Shown in pieces: positions 31,522-42,575 of a stretch of 58,594 bases of DNA (positions within the stretch are counted from its first letter, which is position 1; every line of letters starts with the position of its first letter). Position numbers and translations under genes: made by a program. The stretch comes from a virus (taxonomy: Duplodnaviria; Caudoviricetes). The DNA lies in the IMG/VR virus record IMGVR_UViG_3300027969_000116, positions 1 to 58,594 of that record. One strand, 5' to 3'. A model generated the notes under the pieces. That model saw nothing but the letters and a program-made list of their open reading frames with translations. It made no database searches and was not told the DNA's origin.

Positions 31522-34500
31522 TGGCGAATAATAAATTTACTTGTCCACCACAACCGGCAACAGGTGCGGGTACATTCTCAGATAATTTAGTTGGATTCCA
31601 ATTAGTTGCTGGAGGTGGTTTAACGCAAGGTAATTTTGAGTTTACCACAGGTATTACTGAAAAATCAAATAGAACTTTTACCACAGGTGCGTTTTCTAAC
31701 CCTATCAATTTAGAAGGTTTAGGTGTTAATAGTGTTGCTCAATCAAGAGCTATTTTTGAAAATAATTTTAAAGTTTACCCTAATTTTGATTTAACTCAAG
31801 TAACTAATTTTACTTCATACGGTTCAATGGTTAAGAGAATGTCAACGTCTGTTGAAACCATTATTAGTAAATTCCCGGCAGCTTTAGAAGTTACCTTTAT
31901 GGATGAAAATTATTTAACGGGTGCAACCGCTACAAATATTTCTTATGACCCAATAACTAATGAAACAAGTATTAATTTAAATGTTTCAAGAATTAGAAAT
32001 CCTTTTGATATTGATTTCACGGTTAATGCGACAAGAAATTTAGAGTTAAGGGAAGTTCAAGTTTCTCCATTGAGAAATATGACCAAAGAATTTACTAAAT
32101 ACTCCTTATTTTTAGGGGGTATTGGTTATGATGTGACATACATTATCCCAACAACATCTTTAACGACCGGAACACTTACTTTAGTTATTAATGGTGATGT
32201 TTTTTCAGGGTTAACAGAAATTTATGATGATTTAGTTATTAGACCTAATGATTATGAGGTTAATAGAGTTTTTAATGAAAGTTTAGATGAGGTTCAAAGA
32301 TTTTTGTTAAATAGAAATGTCACACCTATTTATACGGCAACCTTCCAAGTACCAAATGAAAATGATGATGGTACATTCTATATTCAAAACAAGTTAGTTA
32401 CTTGGCCTTTGTATGGTAATTGGAATTTAGATATATTAACTAATTCTTTCACCACTTATCTTACAACATTAAATGATGTTAGTGTTTCGTTTGATGGTTA
32501 TCAAACAAATCTTGTTTCTAGATTCTTAACCACAGACTCTATTAAAGAATTTGATACATCTGACCAAAAAATTGAAAAAATACTACAAATATATGGAAGA
32601 AGTTTTGATGAAACTAAAAAATTCATCAATGGTTTAGCATATATGAACTCGGTTAATTATAATACCGGTAATGACATTCCGTCTCAATTATTGAAGAATT
32701 TATCTCAAACATTAGGGTGGTCAAACAATATGTCGCCAATAACTAATGATGATTTTTTAAGTTCAGTTTTTGGTCAAAAAAATGTTGATAAATCGGCGTT
32801 TAGTGGTGTGGGACAATCTCAAACTCCGGATGAATTAAACTATCAATATTATAAAAATTTAATTCTTAACTCGGCTTATTTGTTTAAGTCAAAAGGTACT
32901 CGTAAATCAATTGAAACTTTAATGAGGTTAATTGGTGCTCCGGATGCTTTAGTTGAGTTTAATGAGTATGTTTGTTTGGCTGACCAAAAAATAAATATGT
33001 CTGATTTTGACTCACAATACGCTAGTATTTCAGGGGGGACATATTCTAAAATATTACCTACATTAGAAAACGGTTATACTTTTCAAATTCAAGGAGTTAC
33101 ATATTCAGGGTTTACAACAACTACAACTCTTCAAGGTGTTAATTTAACAAAAGAAGATTATCCAATTAGCGATACAGGATTTCCTAAATCACCTGTAAAT
33201 TCTGAAACCTATTACTATCAAATGGGGGCCGGTTGGTTTGAGTCAACACCACAACATAGGTCACCGGAACAACCGGATTTAACTAATAGTGTTTTTACAG
33301 GTTCAAATCCAAACTATCAAACAAAATTAGCACCATTCACATATGGTCAAGAATACTTGAATGTCTATAGAACATTCCCATTTACTGATTTAGGATATAC
33401 TTTAAGAACTGAGATTGATAATAATAAATCTTGGGTTGATACTGAAATAGGTGATAGAAGTAATTTAGAAGGTGGGTATAATTCGTTATACACTACCGAT
33501 AGTGAAGATTTAGTTATTAATGTTAAAAACATTGATTTATTTTTAAATCCCGGACAAGGGTTATCTTACGATGTTTGGTATATGTCGAGAGAATTTAACT
33601 TCCCAATTGCAAATGAGGGATTAGGTTACATTGCTCCAACAAGATGTAATCCAAATCCTGTTTCAACATATCCTCATAGAGGAGGTGTTGACTCAACAAA
33701 TATTAACCCTCAACCAAGAAAAGAAACATTTTTTGAATTTGCTCAAACATTTTGGAAAAATACGATTAATGTTAGAAATAGACAATTTGCAACAGATGGT
33801 GGGACAAGTGGATATCCAACTCTTTCATCAATCTATTGGAATTATTTAGAATCAGAGTCTTTAGCTGGTATTCAAAACGATAACTTTACATACAAAACAA
33901 TGATTGAGTATGTGAATGGTATGGGGGATTATTGGATTAGATTAGTTGAACAAATGATTCCGGCAACAACTATTTGGAATACGGGGGTTAAATTAGAAAA
34001 TTCAATTTTCCATAGACAAAAATTTGTGTGGAGAAGACAAAGAGGTTGTGAATTAGTTCCTATTCTTTGTGAACCTTGTAAATTCACGGGTAGTATTTAT
34101 TTAAGTGATTGTAACGCTTGGTCAACATTATGTGAGAGATATCCTGATAGTGTTTTAGAGTTTGGAAACTTCAATAATGTTTTAACTGATGTAATTAATC
34201 AATGGGCGAATCCGATTACTGGACCTATACCTGATACTAGTGGTTGTTATTTTGATACCATTAATAGTACTTGGTTTGTTGACATAAGTATTAATGGTGT
34301 TAATATTATCCAATACCCATTTTTTAATGGTCGTGGGTATAATTCACTTACTTGTGGTACTGATACATATCCTACACAATCTTTAAGTAGTGGTCCTTGT
34401 CCGTCATCTTGGGAAACAGCTTTAACTAATTGTTTACAACAGATGATATCTTTAGGTTATGACTATCGTTATGAGTATGATATTAATGATGATATGGATT

Positions 34501-34610
34501 CGGAACTAACAAAGGTTAGAATATGGGATACAAATTGTTCATCAAGACCAATACGTAGAACTATACTAATAAGAGTTGGTATAGAATTTACAATAACTTG
34601 TCAACAATAA
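31521..34610 (+). CDS. Baseplate wedge protein (P2 gpI / T4 gp7-like region)
   Basis: IPSQLLKNLSQTLGW and NLILNSAYLFKSKGTRKSIETLMRLIG, typical of tail_P2_I-like wedge proteins. Confidence 0.65.
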   Translation: MANNKFTCPPQPATGAGTFSDNLVGFQLVAGGGLTQGNFEFTTGITEKSNRTFTTGAFSNPINLEGLGVNSVAQSRAIFENNFKVYPNFDLTQVTNFTSYGSMVKRMSTSVETIISKFPAALEVTFMDENYLTGATATNISYDPITNETSINLNVSRIRNPFDIDFTVNATRNLELREVQVSPLRNMTKEFTKYSLFLGGIGYDVTYIIPTTSLTTGTLTLVINGDVFSGLTEIYDDLVIRPNDYEVNRVFNESLDEVQRFLLNRNVTPIYTATFQVPNENDDGTFYIQNKLVTWPLYGNWNLDILTNSFTTYLTTLNDVSVSFDGYQTNLVSRFLTTDSIKEFDTSDQKIEKILQIYGRSFDETKKFINGLAYMNSVNYNTGNDIPSQLLKNLSQTLGWSNNMSPITNDDFLSSVFGQKNVDKSAFSGVGQSQTPDELNYQYYKNLILNSAYLFKSKGTRKSIETLMRLIGAPDALVEFNEYVCLADQKINMSDFDSQYASISGGTYSKILPTLENGYTFQIQGVTYSGFTTTTTLQGVNLTKEDYPISDTGFPKSPVNSETYYYQMGAGWFESTPQHRSPEQPDLTNSVFTGSNPNYQTKLAPFTYGQEYLNVYRTFPFTDLGYTLRTEIDNNKSWVDTEIGDRSNLEGGYNSLYTTDSEDLVINVKNIDLFLNPGQGLSYDVWYMSREFNFPIANEGLGYIAPTRCNPNPVSTYPHRGGVDSTNINPQPRKETFFEFAQTFWKNTINVRNRQFATDGGTSGYPTLSSIYWNYLESESLAGIQNDNFTYKTMIEYVNGMGDYWIRLVEQMIPATTIWNTGVKLENSIFHRQKFVWRRQRGCELVPILCEPCKFTGSIYLSDCNAWSTLCERYPDSVLEFGNFNNVLTDVINQWANPITGPIPDTSGCYFDTINSTWFVDISINGVNIIQYPFFNGRGYNSLTCGTDTYPTQSLSSGPCPSSWETALTNCLQQMISLGYDYRYEYDINDDMDSELTKVRIWDTNCSSRPIRRTILIRVGIEFTITCQQ

Positions 34611-34647
34611 TGAATAAACTCTTCAATAACTTGTTAAAAATAAATAA

Positions 34648-37600
34648 ATGAGCTGTTTTTTATCATATACATCAAGCATAACCGGAGATTGTAGTAATAC
34701 AAATTTAGGTGCGTTTACCATAGAAATTGATGGTGATACCCCTAATTATATTATTCAGAGGTTATCACCAACAACCGGAACAACATCATTAGGTGCTGGT
34801 GTCACGGCATATACTCAAACAAATTTATCGGCAGGTACTTATTCGTTTAACATTATTGACAGTTGTATTCCGGATAATACGGTTTTACCTGTAAATATTT
34901 ACATATCAAGTGGTACTTGTGTATCAATAACTGACATTAAAAACACTGTATGTGATGCGAATAATGGGTCTTTAACTGCAACAACAAGTAATTTTTATGG
35001 AGAGTCAATATTTTCATTATATAATGAAATCACCGGTTTAATCTCAACAGAATATCCGGGGAGTAATTCTTATGTTTTTAATAATATACCTTTGGGAACT
35101 TATTATGTAATTGCTAATGATGGTGGTGGATGTACGGGAAAGTCAGAAAGTGTGATAATTAAAAATTCTTCAAATTTATCTTTTGGTTTATATAAGGTTG
35201 ATAATGCGGGTTGTGCGGTTGATTCAGGAGGTAAAATATTTATAACTGGTTTAACGGGAACTCCACCATATACTTATTTATGGTCTAATGGTAGTATTGA
35301 GGATAATATATCGGGATTAGCCGAAGGGACTTACTCTGTTACGGTAACTGATAGTAGTAAATGTTCTATAAGTAATACCACAGTTATTAATACCGTACCA
35401 AAAGTTGCTTTGGGTGCTCTTTATTTGACACAACCAAGTTGTTTTACGGCCGATGGAGAAATCCAAATTGTTATTGTAGGTGGAACGCCACCATTTTATT
35501 ATTTAGGGTCAAATGGGGTAACTAATGTTACATTTGATAGAACGGTTACTTTTACAGGGTTAGGTCCGGGAGGATTTACTATTCAAGTAACAGATGCGGG
35601 GTTATGTAATTTTACCACATCAACTAGAATGTTAACACCTAAAGGAATGTCAACTGTTTCGGTTGGTATCACAAACTCAAAATGTAATGATTTTTCGGGT
35701 GTAATTGGTCCTATTAACGTTTTTGGTGGTACATCACCTTATACGTACAGCTTGACTGATTCTGATGGAAACATTAACTCCGAAACAATATACTCAACAA
35801 CTTGGTCTTTTGATAGTTTATCTGCTGACACATATACATTAAGTATAACTGATAATGGTGGATGTTCATTTACAAGTGCATATACTATTAATAATGTAGT
35901 AATATATGATTTAATTGTTTCTACAACAGGAACTACTTGTGATGGTGATAATGGTTCTGTTAAATTAGAAATTACTTCAGGGGGGACACCTCCTTATATC
36001 TATAAAATTGATGGAAATTCAATAACAACATCGTTAACATCGTATACTTTTAATAATATTTATTCAGGTAACTATATTGCTAGTGTTACGGATGCTTTGT
36101 TATGTAAACAATCGACACCATTTACAATAGATAATTCAAACACAATTGATTTCCATTTATTAGGTGTTGATTCAATAAATAATAATGGTTCAATTACTGC
36201 GTTTATTACTAACGGTACACCTCCATTTACAATGTATTTTAATGGTGACACAGTAGGTACAACTGTTATGACAATACCTGATTTACCTGCGGGGGATTAT
36301 GATGTTAGAATAGTTGATAGTGCAGGGTGTTCAAAATCAAAATTAAGACCAATTAGAGGTTATACTGAATGGCAGTCAACGGGGTATTATGCTATTTGTA
36401 AAGGTAGTTTTAATCAACCAATAATTCTTAATTCTAGTATTAGACAATATTTTTATGAAGGATATAATGAATTAATTACGTTCAATAATACCCAATATGG
36501 TTATACTAATTGTGTTTTAACAGGTGCTACATTTTCGGCACAAACAACTGTTGGTAATTGTGTTCAGTCTATGATATTTTACACTAGTGAAGGAATACTT
36601 GATTATCCTTCAGATGGTGATTGGTTTACAGCAATTACAACATTAATAGAATCGTGTCCGCAAATTGGTCCGGGTAATGTTGATATTGACTCATTGACTA
36701 ATACTATTGTCGTTACAACAAATTGTGACCCAGAATCATTGTATAATTCAGATGTTTTAGTTGAACTTAGAATTGATTACCAAGTAGAGTGTGTTTGTCC
36801 TAATCTTACACCAACACCAACACCAAGTTATACACCTACCCATACTCCAACAATGACTAAAACACCTACTCTAACACCTACAAGAACTGCGACACCAACA
36901 ATTACACCAAGTCCGACGGCGACTATTGGTAGTACACCTCCGGTAACTCCTACTCAAACTCCAACACCAACATTAACCAAAACTCCAACACCGACAGTAA
37001 CAAAAACTGCGACATTAACACCAACAATGACTAAAACTCCAACTACTACTCCTACTAAAACACCAACACAAACACCAACACAAACACCAACAGAAACACT
37101 TAAAAAGGCTTACTACGCATATAAAATATGTGGTAAACAACGAGGTCCTGAAACGGTTGTATTCCAAGATATAGCAGTAATTCCGGGTATTGTTGTAGGT
37201 AACGTTATTTTTGATAACGTACGTAAAATTTGTTGGGAATTGGTGGAGATTTCTAATAATTTAAATCAATTACAGAATAATTGGGGTGGATTATATCTTC
37301 CAGGTTATTTTACAAATGTTTCTTTATTTCAAGGAACTGCAACATTAAAACCTTGTGAAGAGTGTGAAAAGGCTGCTAATGTTGTTGAACCGGTTTCTGA
37401 TTGTACAATATCTTTAAGAAATTGGAGTGATTGTGCAAAAGCGGATACTAAAGGAGAAATATTTATTAATGCGGTGAGTGTTTATTCATTCAATGAAACG
37501 TTTGATGCGAATGTATATCTATCAACATTATATGTAAACAACGGTGATTTTGTTAAAATTGTTTTAACTGCTCCGACTAATAGTATTATAACATTATATA

Positions 37601-38157
37601 TTGAATCTGATGCCGGTTCAAATACATATACTATTGCGAACGAAAGTGATAGAGTTATAGAATTTAGAGTTGAATGCGGTAAAAAACCACTAAAAATAGA
37701 TATTTTTTCAACTTGTAGAAGAAGTAAACCTTCAATTACTTTATATAGTACATCGTATAGTGAAGAAGGTGTTCTTCCAGTAGTTCATTATTCAACATCT
37801 TGTTTACAAAGTAATACTTCACCGGCAATGACTTGGATTTTAAATAATTTTAATGGGTTATCTGTTATTAGTTTTGAAATACTTTGCGAAGATTTAGATG
37901 CTTCAGGTAGTAGTCCTGATGGTTACTTTGTTCATTGGTGGGTTAAGGATATAGACCCGATTCAATTAAATATTGCTGCCGCGGGTAGTTGGACTAGTGC
38001 TACTGTTCTACCGACTGATTATCCTTCAGGTGATGATGCTAATGGATGGAACGGACCTTGTCCTTCGGGAGTTCATCGATATAGAATACAAATAACGGCT
38101 AATTTAGTAATTGGTGGACCTGCAGTTAGTAATTACTCAACATTTACAGCATCTTAA
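34648..38157 (+). CDS. SprB-repeat adhesin-like virion protein with a Thr/Pro linker and a C-terminal PEBP (YbhB/YbcL) domain
   Basis: Repeated C...G.I......GGTPPY.Y.WSNG....[13 protein letters not shown] units; a TPTPT linker at about 36800-37095; C-terminal SP.MTW, EDLDA, FVHW and [13 protein letters not shown]. Confidence 0.75.
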   Translation: MSCFLSYTSSITGDCSNTNLGAFTIEIDGDTPNYIIQRLSPTTGTTSLGAGVTAYTQTNLSAGTYSFNIIDSCIPDNTVLPVNIYISSGTCVSITDIKNTVCDANNGSLTATTSNFYGESIFSLYNEITGLISTEYPGSNSYVFNNIPLGTYYVIANDGGGCTGKSESVIIKNSSNLSFGLYKVDNAGCAVDSGGKIFITGLTGTPPYTYLWSNGSIEDNISGLAEGTYSVTVTDSSKCSISNTTVINTVPKVALGALYLTQPSCFTADGEIQIVIVGGTPPFYYLGSNGVTNVTFDRTVTFTGLGPGGFTIQVTDAGLCNFTTSTRMLTPKGMSTVSVGITNSKCNDFSGVIGPINVFGGTSPYTYSLTDSDGNINSETIYSTTWSFDSLSADTYTLSITDNGGCSFTSAYTINNVVIYDLIVSTTGTTCDGDNGSVKLEITSGGTPPYIYKIDGNSITTSLTSYTFNNIYSGNYIASVTDALLCKQSTPFTIDNSNTIDFHLLGVDSINNNGSITAFITNGTPPFTMYFNGDTVGTTVMTIPDLPAGDYDVRIVDSAGCSKSKLRPIRGYTEWQSTGYYAICKGSFNQPIILNSSIRQYFYEGYNELITFNNTQYGYTNCVLTGATFSAQTTVGNCVQSMIFYTSEGILDYPSDGDWFTAITTLIESCPQIGPGNVDIDSLTNTIVVTTNCDPESLYNSDVLVELRIDYQVECVCPNLTPTPTPSYTPTHTPTMTKTPTLTPTRTATPTITPSPTATIGSTPPVTPTQTPTPTLTKTPTPTVTKTATLTPTMTKTPTTTPTKTPTQTPTQTPTETLKKAYYAYKICGKQRGPETVVFQDIAVIPGIVVGNVIFDNVRKICWELVEISNNLNQLQNNWGGLYLPGYFTNVSLFQGTATLKPCEECEKAANVVEPVSDCTISLRNWSDCAKADTKGEIFINAVSVYSFNETFDANVYLSTLYVNNGDFVKIVLTAPTNSIITLYIESDAGSNTYTIANESDRVIEFRVECGKKPLKIDIFSTCRRSKPSITLYSTSYSEEGVLPVVHYSTSCLQSNTSPAMTWILNNFNGLSVISFEILCEDLDASGSSPDGYFVHWWVKDIDPIQLNIAAAGSWTSATVLPTDYPSGDDANGWNGPCPSGVHRYRIQITANLVIGGPAVSNYSTFTAS

Positions 38158-38183
38158 CACCACCATTCTGTTAAGAAATAAAA

Positions 38184-38216
38184 AACCCCTCCGTTAAAGA
38201 GGGGTTATTTTTTTTT
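38184..38216. terminator. Bidirectional terminator between convergent operons
   Basis: AACCCCTC-cgttaaa-GAGGGGTT, with an A-tract upstream and a T-tract downstream. Confidence 0.85.
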
Positions 38217-38814
38217 ACCAAATTTCTTCTTGTCTCATATGACCTAAGACACAACAATAAGCGTCTGTTTGGTCGAAGTTTTCTTTTTTTAGAGTATTGT
38301 TTCTTGTGTATTGCCAAGTGATTTGAGGTTCTTTCTTGGCGATTAAGTCCCATATGATTAGTTTCTTATCAATGTCTTTTGGTAGACCACCAAATAAAAC
38401 AAACTTACCTTTATCATTTTCTTTAACTAATTCAGGGAAGGCGAACTTACGAGAGTTATATGTCGATATGAAGTCAGGAACCACCCCTAAAACATCGTAA
38501 ATTTCTTTTGTGACTAATGTGTTAAACCTTAATAAAGTTTGGACTGTATAGACGTTATTTGAGTTTAATAGAGGTTCCTCAATAATAACCTTAGTGATAC
38601 CCATATCTTTGTACTCTAAAAGTTTGGTTCTAAAGATTTCACCTTTAAGAAGTAACTCTTTCATTTTATTTTCTTCCTTTGGTTTTGGTGTTGGTGAAAC
38701 GTGAGTTAATTCTAATAATTCTCTACTTTGTATGTCAAATAATGCCCAACCAATAGTTTTGGTGGAAACATCAAGCCCTAAAACTTTAGGGCTTTCCTTT
38801 AATGTTTTTTTCAT
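38215..38814 (-). CDS. RuvC-like Holliday junction resolvase
   Basis: VLGLDVSTKTIGWA, VIIEEP and DQTDAY form the RNase H-fold catalytic motifs. Confidence 0.8.
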   Translation of the reverse strand: MKKTLKESPKVLGLDVSTKTIGWALFDIQSRELLELTHVSPTPKPKEENKMKELLLKGEIFRTKLLEYKDMGITKVIIEEPLLNSNNVYTVQTLLRFNTLVTKEIYDVLGVVPDFISTYNSRKFAFPELVKENDKGKFVLFGGLPKDIDKKLIIWDLIAKKEPQITWQYTRNNTLKKENFDQTDAYCCVLGHMRQEEIW

Positions 38815-38817
38815 AGG

Positions 38818-41250
38818 TTAAAAATCAAATTTTACTAAAAACTGTTGAAGTCCCTGTCTTTGTACAGGTGATTGTAGCTTTGATACAATCATAAGATTAA
38901 ATTCATTGTCGTAAAGACCAATTTCTGAAATATACGGTAAGATACCTTGAGACCAACTTGGATTTGATGAATTTTGGAATTCAGCTTGACCAAGATTTAT
39001 TTTGTATCTCATTTCATAAATTGTTGCTTGAATGTCAGTTTCTAGTGACCCATAGAAATAATATTCATCACCAAAATTAAGTGTTTGTCCTGTTTGATTT
39101 AAGGTTGGTAATGAAATAAAACTACTTAAAATATAAGGGGGTGCACTAACATATAAATCATCTGTGATTACAAATGTGTTTGATGTTAAACCACTTTGAG
39201 TAATATATCCGTTAATAGTAGTTGCACTTAATTGATTAGTAAAATTAATTATCTTCCATCCGTTTGATTCAGGTCTTCCACCGTCCTCAACTAGTTGACA
39301 AATTATTTGAAATGTATTTGCAACAAATCCATTTGCGAGTGTATTACCCGTGATTTGTTTTAAACAATTAAATTCTGAACCAAATCTAACCGCAACATTT
39401 TGAGACCCCGGTGTCCCACAATCTACGTTTGGACCAATTATACTTGAATAGTAGTTACAATGTAATGATTTAGTTGCTCCTGATGATGTGTTAGTTAACA
39501 AATAACTAACATACATTGTTTGATTAGTTCCGGACAATACACCCTTAAAACTTGATTGGTTTATACCACAACTATTAGGTACAACTAATGATGTTGTTGC
39601 TGCCGGTAAAGTCCAGTTACGGTTTGATTTGTATGATAGTGAGGCGATTAATTCTTCATCATCAATTACAATAATTTTTTGGTCAGGGAATACCTTACCT
39701 ACAGGATTAGGTAATCCGTTAGCACCGCTTGGATGTGTATCGTATAAATAATAATAACGAATACCCGGTACATTCATATCACTATTTTTAGTTGATTTGA
39801 TATAGTGAGGTTCAAATAGTAATGTTGTAGTTATCTTAAAGTTGTCTTGAGGTGGAACAACATAAAATGTTTCACCATAACAACATTCAGGGTTTTTGTG
39901 CCACATTAACCAAGGTAAGTGTAATTTAAAGTTTCTAGCGTCACCGGTAATATCTTCAGCAATTGTACCACTGATAGGTTGTTCTAATGCAAATTTTTCA
40001 CCATAGAAAAAATCAATTGTGTTATTTGTATAGTGAATAATAGCGATAGCTTTTTGTTCTTCAGGGGTCACGACAATCTTATTATTTAATGAATCGTAAT
40101 AAAACACAGAATCTTCAATGAGACCATCCATATCTGTGAAAGTTTGACCACTACTAGTCATATAACCTAAGTATTCTTTAGTCCCAATATATGATTTAGA
40201 CCCAAATGATTTATAACCTTGTACCGCATTATTTCCTGTTTCAACTAAACCTGCTGGATTTTCTGACCAAGGAATATTCATATTCCAAACTTTAACATCA
40301 AACTCGTCTGTATTACATATTGATTCAAAATTAATTACATCTGTGTTCCAATGTTGTGTCGGAGTAATACTATCATATAAATCCGCCATATTTGGTGGAT
40401 AAATTAATGTTCTTGCGTAAGTACACGCTGATAATATATATGAATAGTTTGGTGTTACTCTATCTAATGTTATTACATTTAAACAAATATCTACAATTCT
40501 GTAAGTTAAAATATTAAAACAACTATTAACATTTACAAAAGTATTAACCACCGGTGTTGGAGTACACCCAGTTGGGGTTGGAACACAACAAGTTGAGGAT
40601 GGTGTAGGTGTTGGGTTAGGAGGTAGACACGCATCATATGATGGTGTAGGTGTTGGAGTTGGAGTAGATGTTGGTGTAACAGGAATAGGTTCAGTACTAC
40701 AAGAAATTGTATTACCGTCAAAATAAATTGTAATTAAATCACCTTTAGCGGGTAATCTAACAATATTTGCGTTACAACCTGAGTAAATTATTTTAATTTG
40801 TGTTCCACCTGTAACTGTCGATATGTCAACAACATAGTTGGAGTTTATAACATATTCACTATCAGTATACGCACTCCAAGATGATGTAACTGATGAAGAA
40901 TCACCACTAAAAAATCCTCTCATTGTGGCTCTATTATAGATTGGTGCGACAGTTGGTGCTGAAAATGGGATACCATAAGTATTATTACTATTTGAATCTA
41001 CGTAAATAGGGTATTTAACATTTTGTTTATTTAATTGACCCGGTGCCGAATTTTGAGAGTTAAAATTTGGTTCTAATATATTGGTATTTGCAATGTTATA
41101 AGATGTTCCGGTTAGGGTATTATACGAGACTTCACTATCACCTATTTGGAAATATGAAATATTAAAATTACCTTGAGATAGTTTTAATCTAGCCGTATCG
41201 GTTAATCTTGTACTAATTAATGCTGATGTATTTTTAACTATGTATGCCAT
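38818..41250 (-). CDS. Tail-fibre attachment / collar-like structural protein
   Basis: N-terminal LTDTARLKLSQG...FQIGDSE and C-terminal ISEIGLYDNEFNLMIVSKLQSP, with an internal Pro/Thr/Cys linker. Confidence 0.55.
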   Translation of the reverse strand: MAYIVKNTSALISTRLTDTARLKLSQGNFNISYFQIGDSEVSYNTLTGTSYNIANTNILEPNFNSQNSAPGQLNKQNVKYPIYVDSNSNNTYGIPFSAPTVAPIYNRATMRGFFSGDSSSVTSSWSAYTDSEYVINSNYVVDISTVTGGTQIKIIYSGCNANIVRLPAKGDLITIYFDGNTISCSTEPIPVTPTSTPTPTPTPSYDACLPPNPTPTPSSTCCVPTPTGCTPTPVVNTFVNVNSCFNILTYRIVDICLNVITLDRVTPNYSYILSACTYARTLIYPPNMADLYDSITPTQHWNTDVINFESICNTDEFDVKVWNMNIPWSENPAGLVETGNNAVQGYKSFGSKSYIGTKEYLGYMTSSGQTFTDMDGLIEDSVFYYDSLNNKIVVTPEEQKAIAIIHYTNNTIDFFYGEKFALEQPISGTIAEDITGDARNFKLHLPWLMWHKNPECCYGETFYVVPPQDNFKITTTLLFEPHYIKSTKNSDMNVPGIRYYYLYDTHPSGANGLPNPVGKVFPDQKIIVIDDEELIASLSYKSNRNWTLPAATTSLVVPNSCGINQSSFKGVLSGTNQTMYVSYLLTNTSSGATKSLHCNYYSSIIGPNVDCGTPGSQNVAVRFGSEFNCLKQITGNTLANGFVANTFQIICQLVEDGGRPESNGWKIINFTNQLSATTINGYITQSGLTSNTFVITDDLYVSAPPYILSSFISLPTLNQTGQTLNFGDEYYFYGSLETDIQATIYEMRYKINLGQAEFQNSSNPSWSQGILPYISEIGLYDNEFNLMIVSKLQSPVQRQGLQQFLVKFDF

Positions 41251-41254
41251 ACTA

Positions 41255-41262
41255 TATAAATA
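41255..41262 (-). promoter_or_regulatory. TATTTATA motif (minus strand)
   Basis: 4 nt before ATG 41250. Confidence 0.5.
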
Positions 41263-41277
41263 TTCTTTTTTTTATTA

Positions 41278-42573
41278 TTAGTTAATTTTTATTGAACAAC
41301 AATTACATCCGCTAATAACCGCATTACCAATTGAAAAGGTATCGTTACTATATCCGACAACACATTTTCCGGTTGTTGTTTTATCAACTCTAGATGTTGT
41401 GTTTATTGTAATTGTATCATTATTGGTTATTGTTAATGAACTCCAAATATTATTAATGTCTGACTGATAAATAAATTCAGTTTGACAACCGGCTGCGGTG
41501 TTTACTGATGTTGTATTACCTGTTACCGTGCTATCTATATTTATGTCAGTTGTATTTTTTGTTAATATAGTTCCTGTAGTTAAAATTGATGTTCCACTTG
41601 TCGGTGATGAATAAAAACTATTAGTACGGATTAAATCAAATGTTATTGTTGCTCCATTAGGTAGTGGTGGTGTTACAACTACATTTGTTACAAATTCATT
41701 AACTGTTGAAATTTCATTATTTATTGGTGTTGTTGTTGTTGTACTTAATGAAATACTATATGTGGTTAATTGTTGAGCACTTTTAATAGTTTCAGTACTA
41801 TAATGAGTATTACCTAATGAATCAAGTACTACTAAACTATAAATTCCGCTACATAAATTTGTAAAAATAGAGGATGGAGAATAAGTAACACCATTATCTA
41901 TCGAATAACTAAATGGAGGATTTTCTAAATCAACGTTAAATATAATACTACCATCACATAGACAAGTAGGGTCATTTACGCTTTTGTTAATATTACGGAT
42001 ATATGTTTCAAAACAATCACCTATTTTAAGTGTTATATCATCTAATGGTCTCCCACCAATAGGACTCCAATTTAATGGTGGATTTGAGTCACTTGGGTCA
42101 TTTGATAGAATAGTGTTACCTAAAACACTAAAGTTATTTATTATCCATTTATTTAAATCCCAAGTTATTGTTATTGGTGGACTTGGAACAGGTGGTGTGT
42201 CGGAAATCCAAGAAGGGTATCCATTAAAAATTCCGTTTGGTATAAAATGTTGACTTTCAATAACATCATTTCTTGTTCCAGCTCTTGGTCTAAATGACAA
42301 ACAAAATGATTTATAATCAATTGTGGTTGGTGTCGCAATTGTTACAATGTTACCACAATATTCGTTAACAACAACTATTGAACCGGGTATACCTGTTGTT
42401 TCTATTGTTACACCGGCAAGTAATATATCTCGGTCTATATTTTCCGCATTAGTTAATGATGGGTAACGCAAGGGTATAGTTCCATTAACTTGATTAAGGT
42501 AAATTGTATATGGGCCGGGCGATGTTGTTCCGGGTACTAATGTTATTGTATAGTAATATTTTGTTGTACTCAT
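41278..42573 (-). CDS. Thr-rich virion protein with one SprB-like unit
   Basis: PTCLCDGSI....PPFSYSIDNG......FTNLCSGIYSLVVLDS. Confidence 0.6.
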   Translation of the reverse strand: MSTTKYYYTITLVPGTTSPGPYTIYLNQVNGTIPLRYPSLTNAENIDRDILLAGVTIETTGIPGSIVVVNEYCGNIVTIATPTTIDYKSFCLSFRPRAGTRNDVIESQHFIPNGIFNGYPSWISDTPPVPSPPITITWDLNKWIINNFSVLGNTILSNDPSDSNPPLNWSPIGGRPLDDITLKIGDCFETYIRNINKSVNDPTCLCDGSIIFNVDLENPPFSYSIDNGVTYSPSSIFTNLCSGIYSLVVLDSLGNTHYSTETIKSAQQLTTYSISLSTTTTTPINNEISTVNEFVTNVVVTPPLPNGATITFDLIRTNSFYSSPTSGTSILTTGTILTKNTTDINIDSTVTGNTTSVNTAAGCQTEFIYQSDINNIWSSLTITNNDTITINTTSRVDKTTTGKCVVGYSNDTFSIGNAVISGCNCCSIKIN

Positions 42574-42575
42574 AA

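Noticed and set aside
1-34610. Bacterial contractile injection system, tailocin or prophage
   Set aside because: The structural genes are interleaved with a T4-like replisome and RNR, and no host genes or integrase are present.
36800-37095. CRISPR-like or non-coding tandem repeat (also 50590-50750 and 52140-52930)
   Set aside because: These are degenerate ACA/CCA codon runs encoding Thr/Pro linkers, with no fixed repeat-spacer period.
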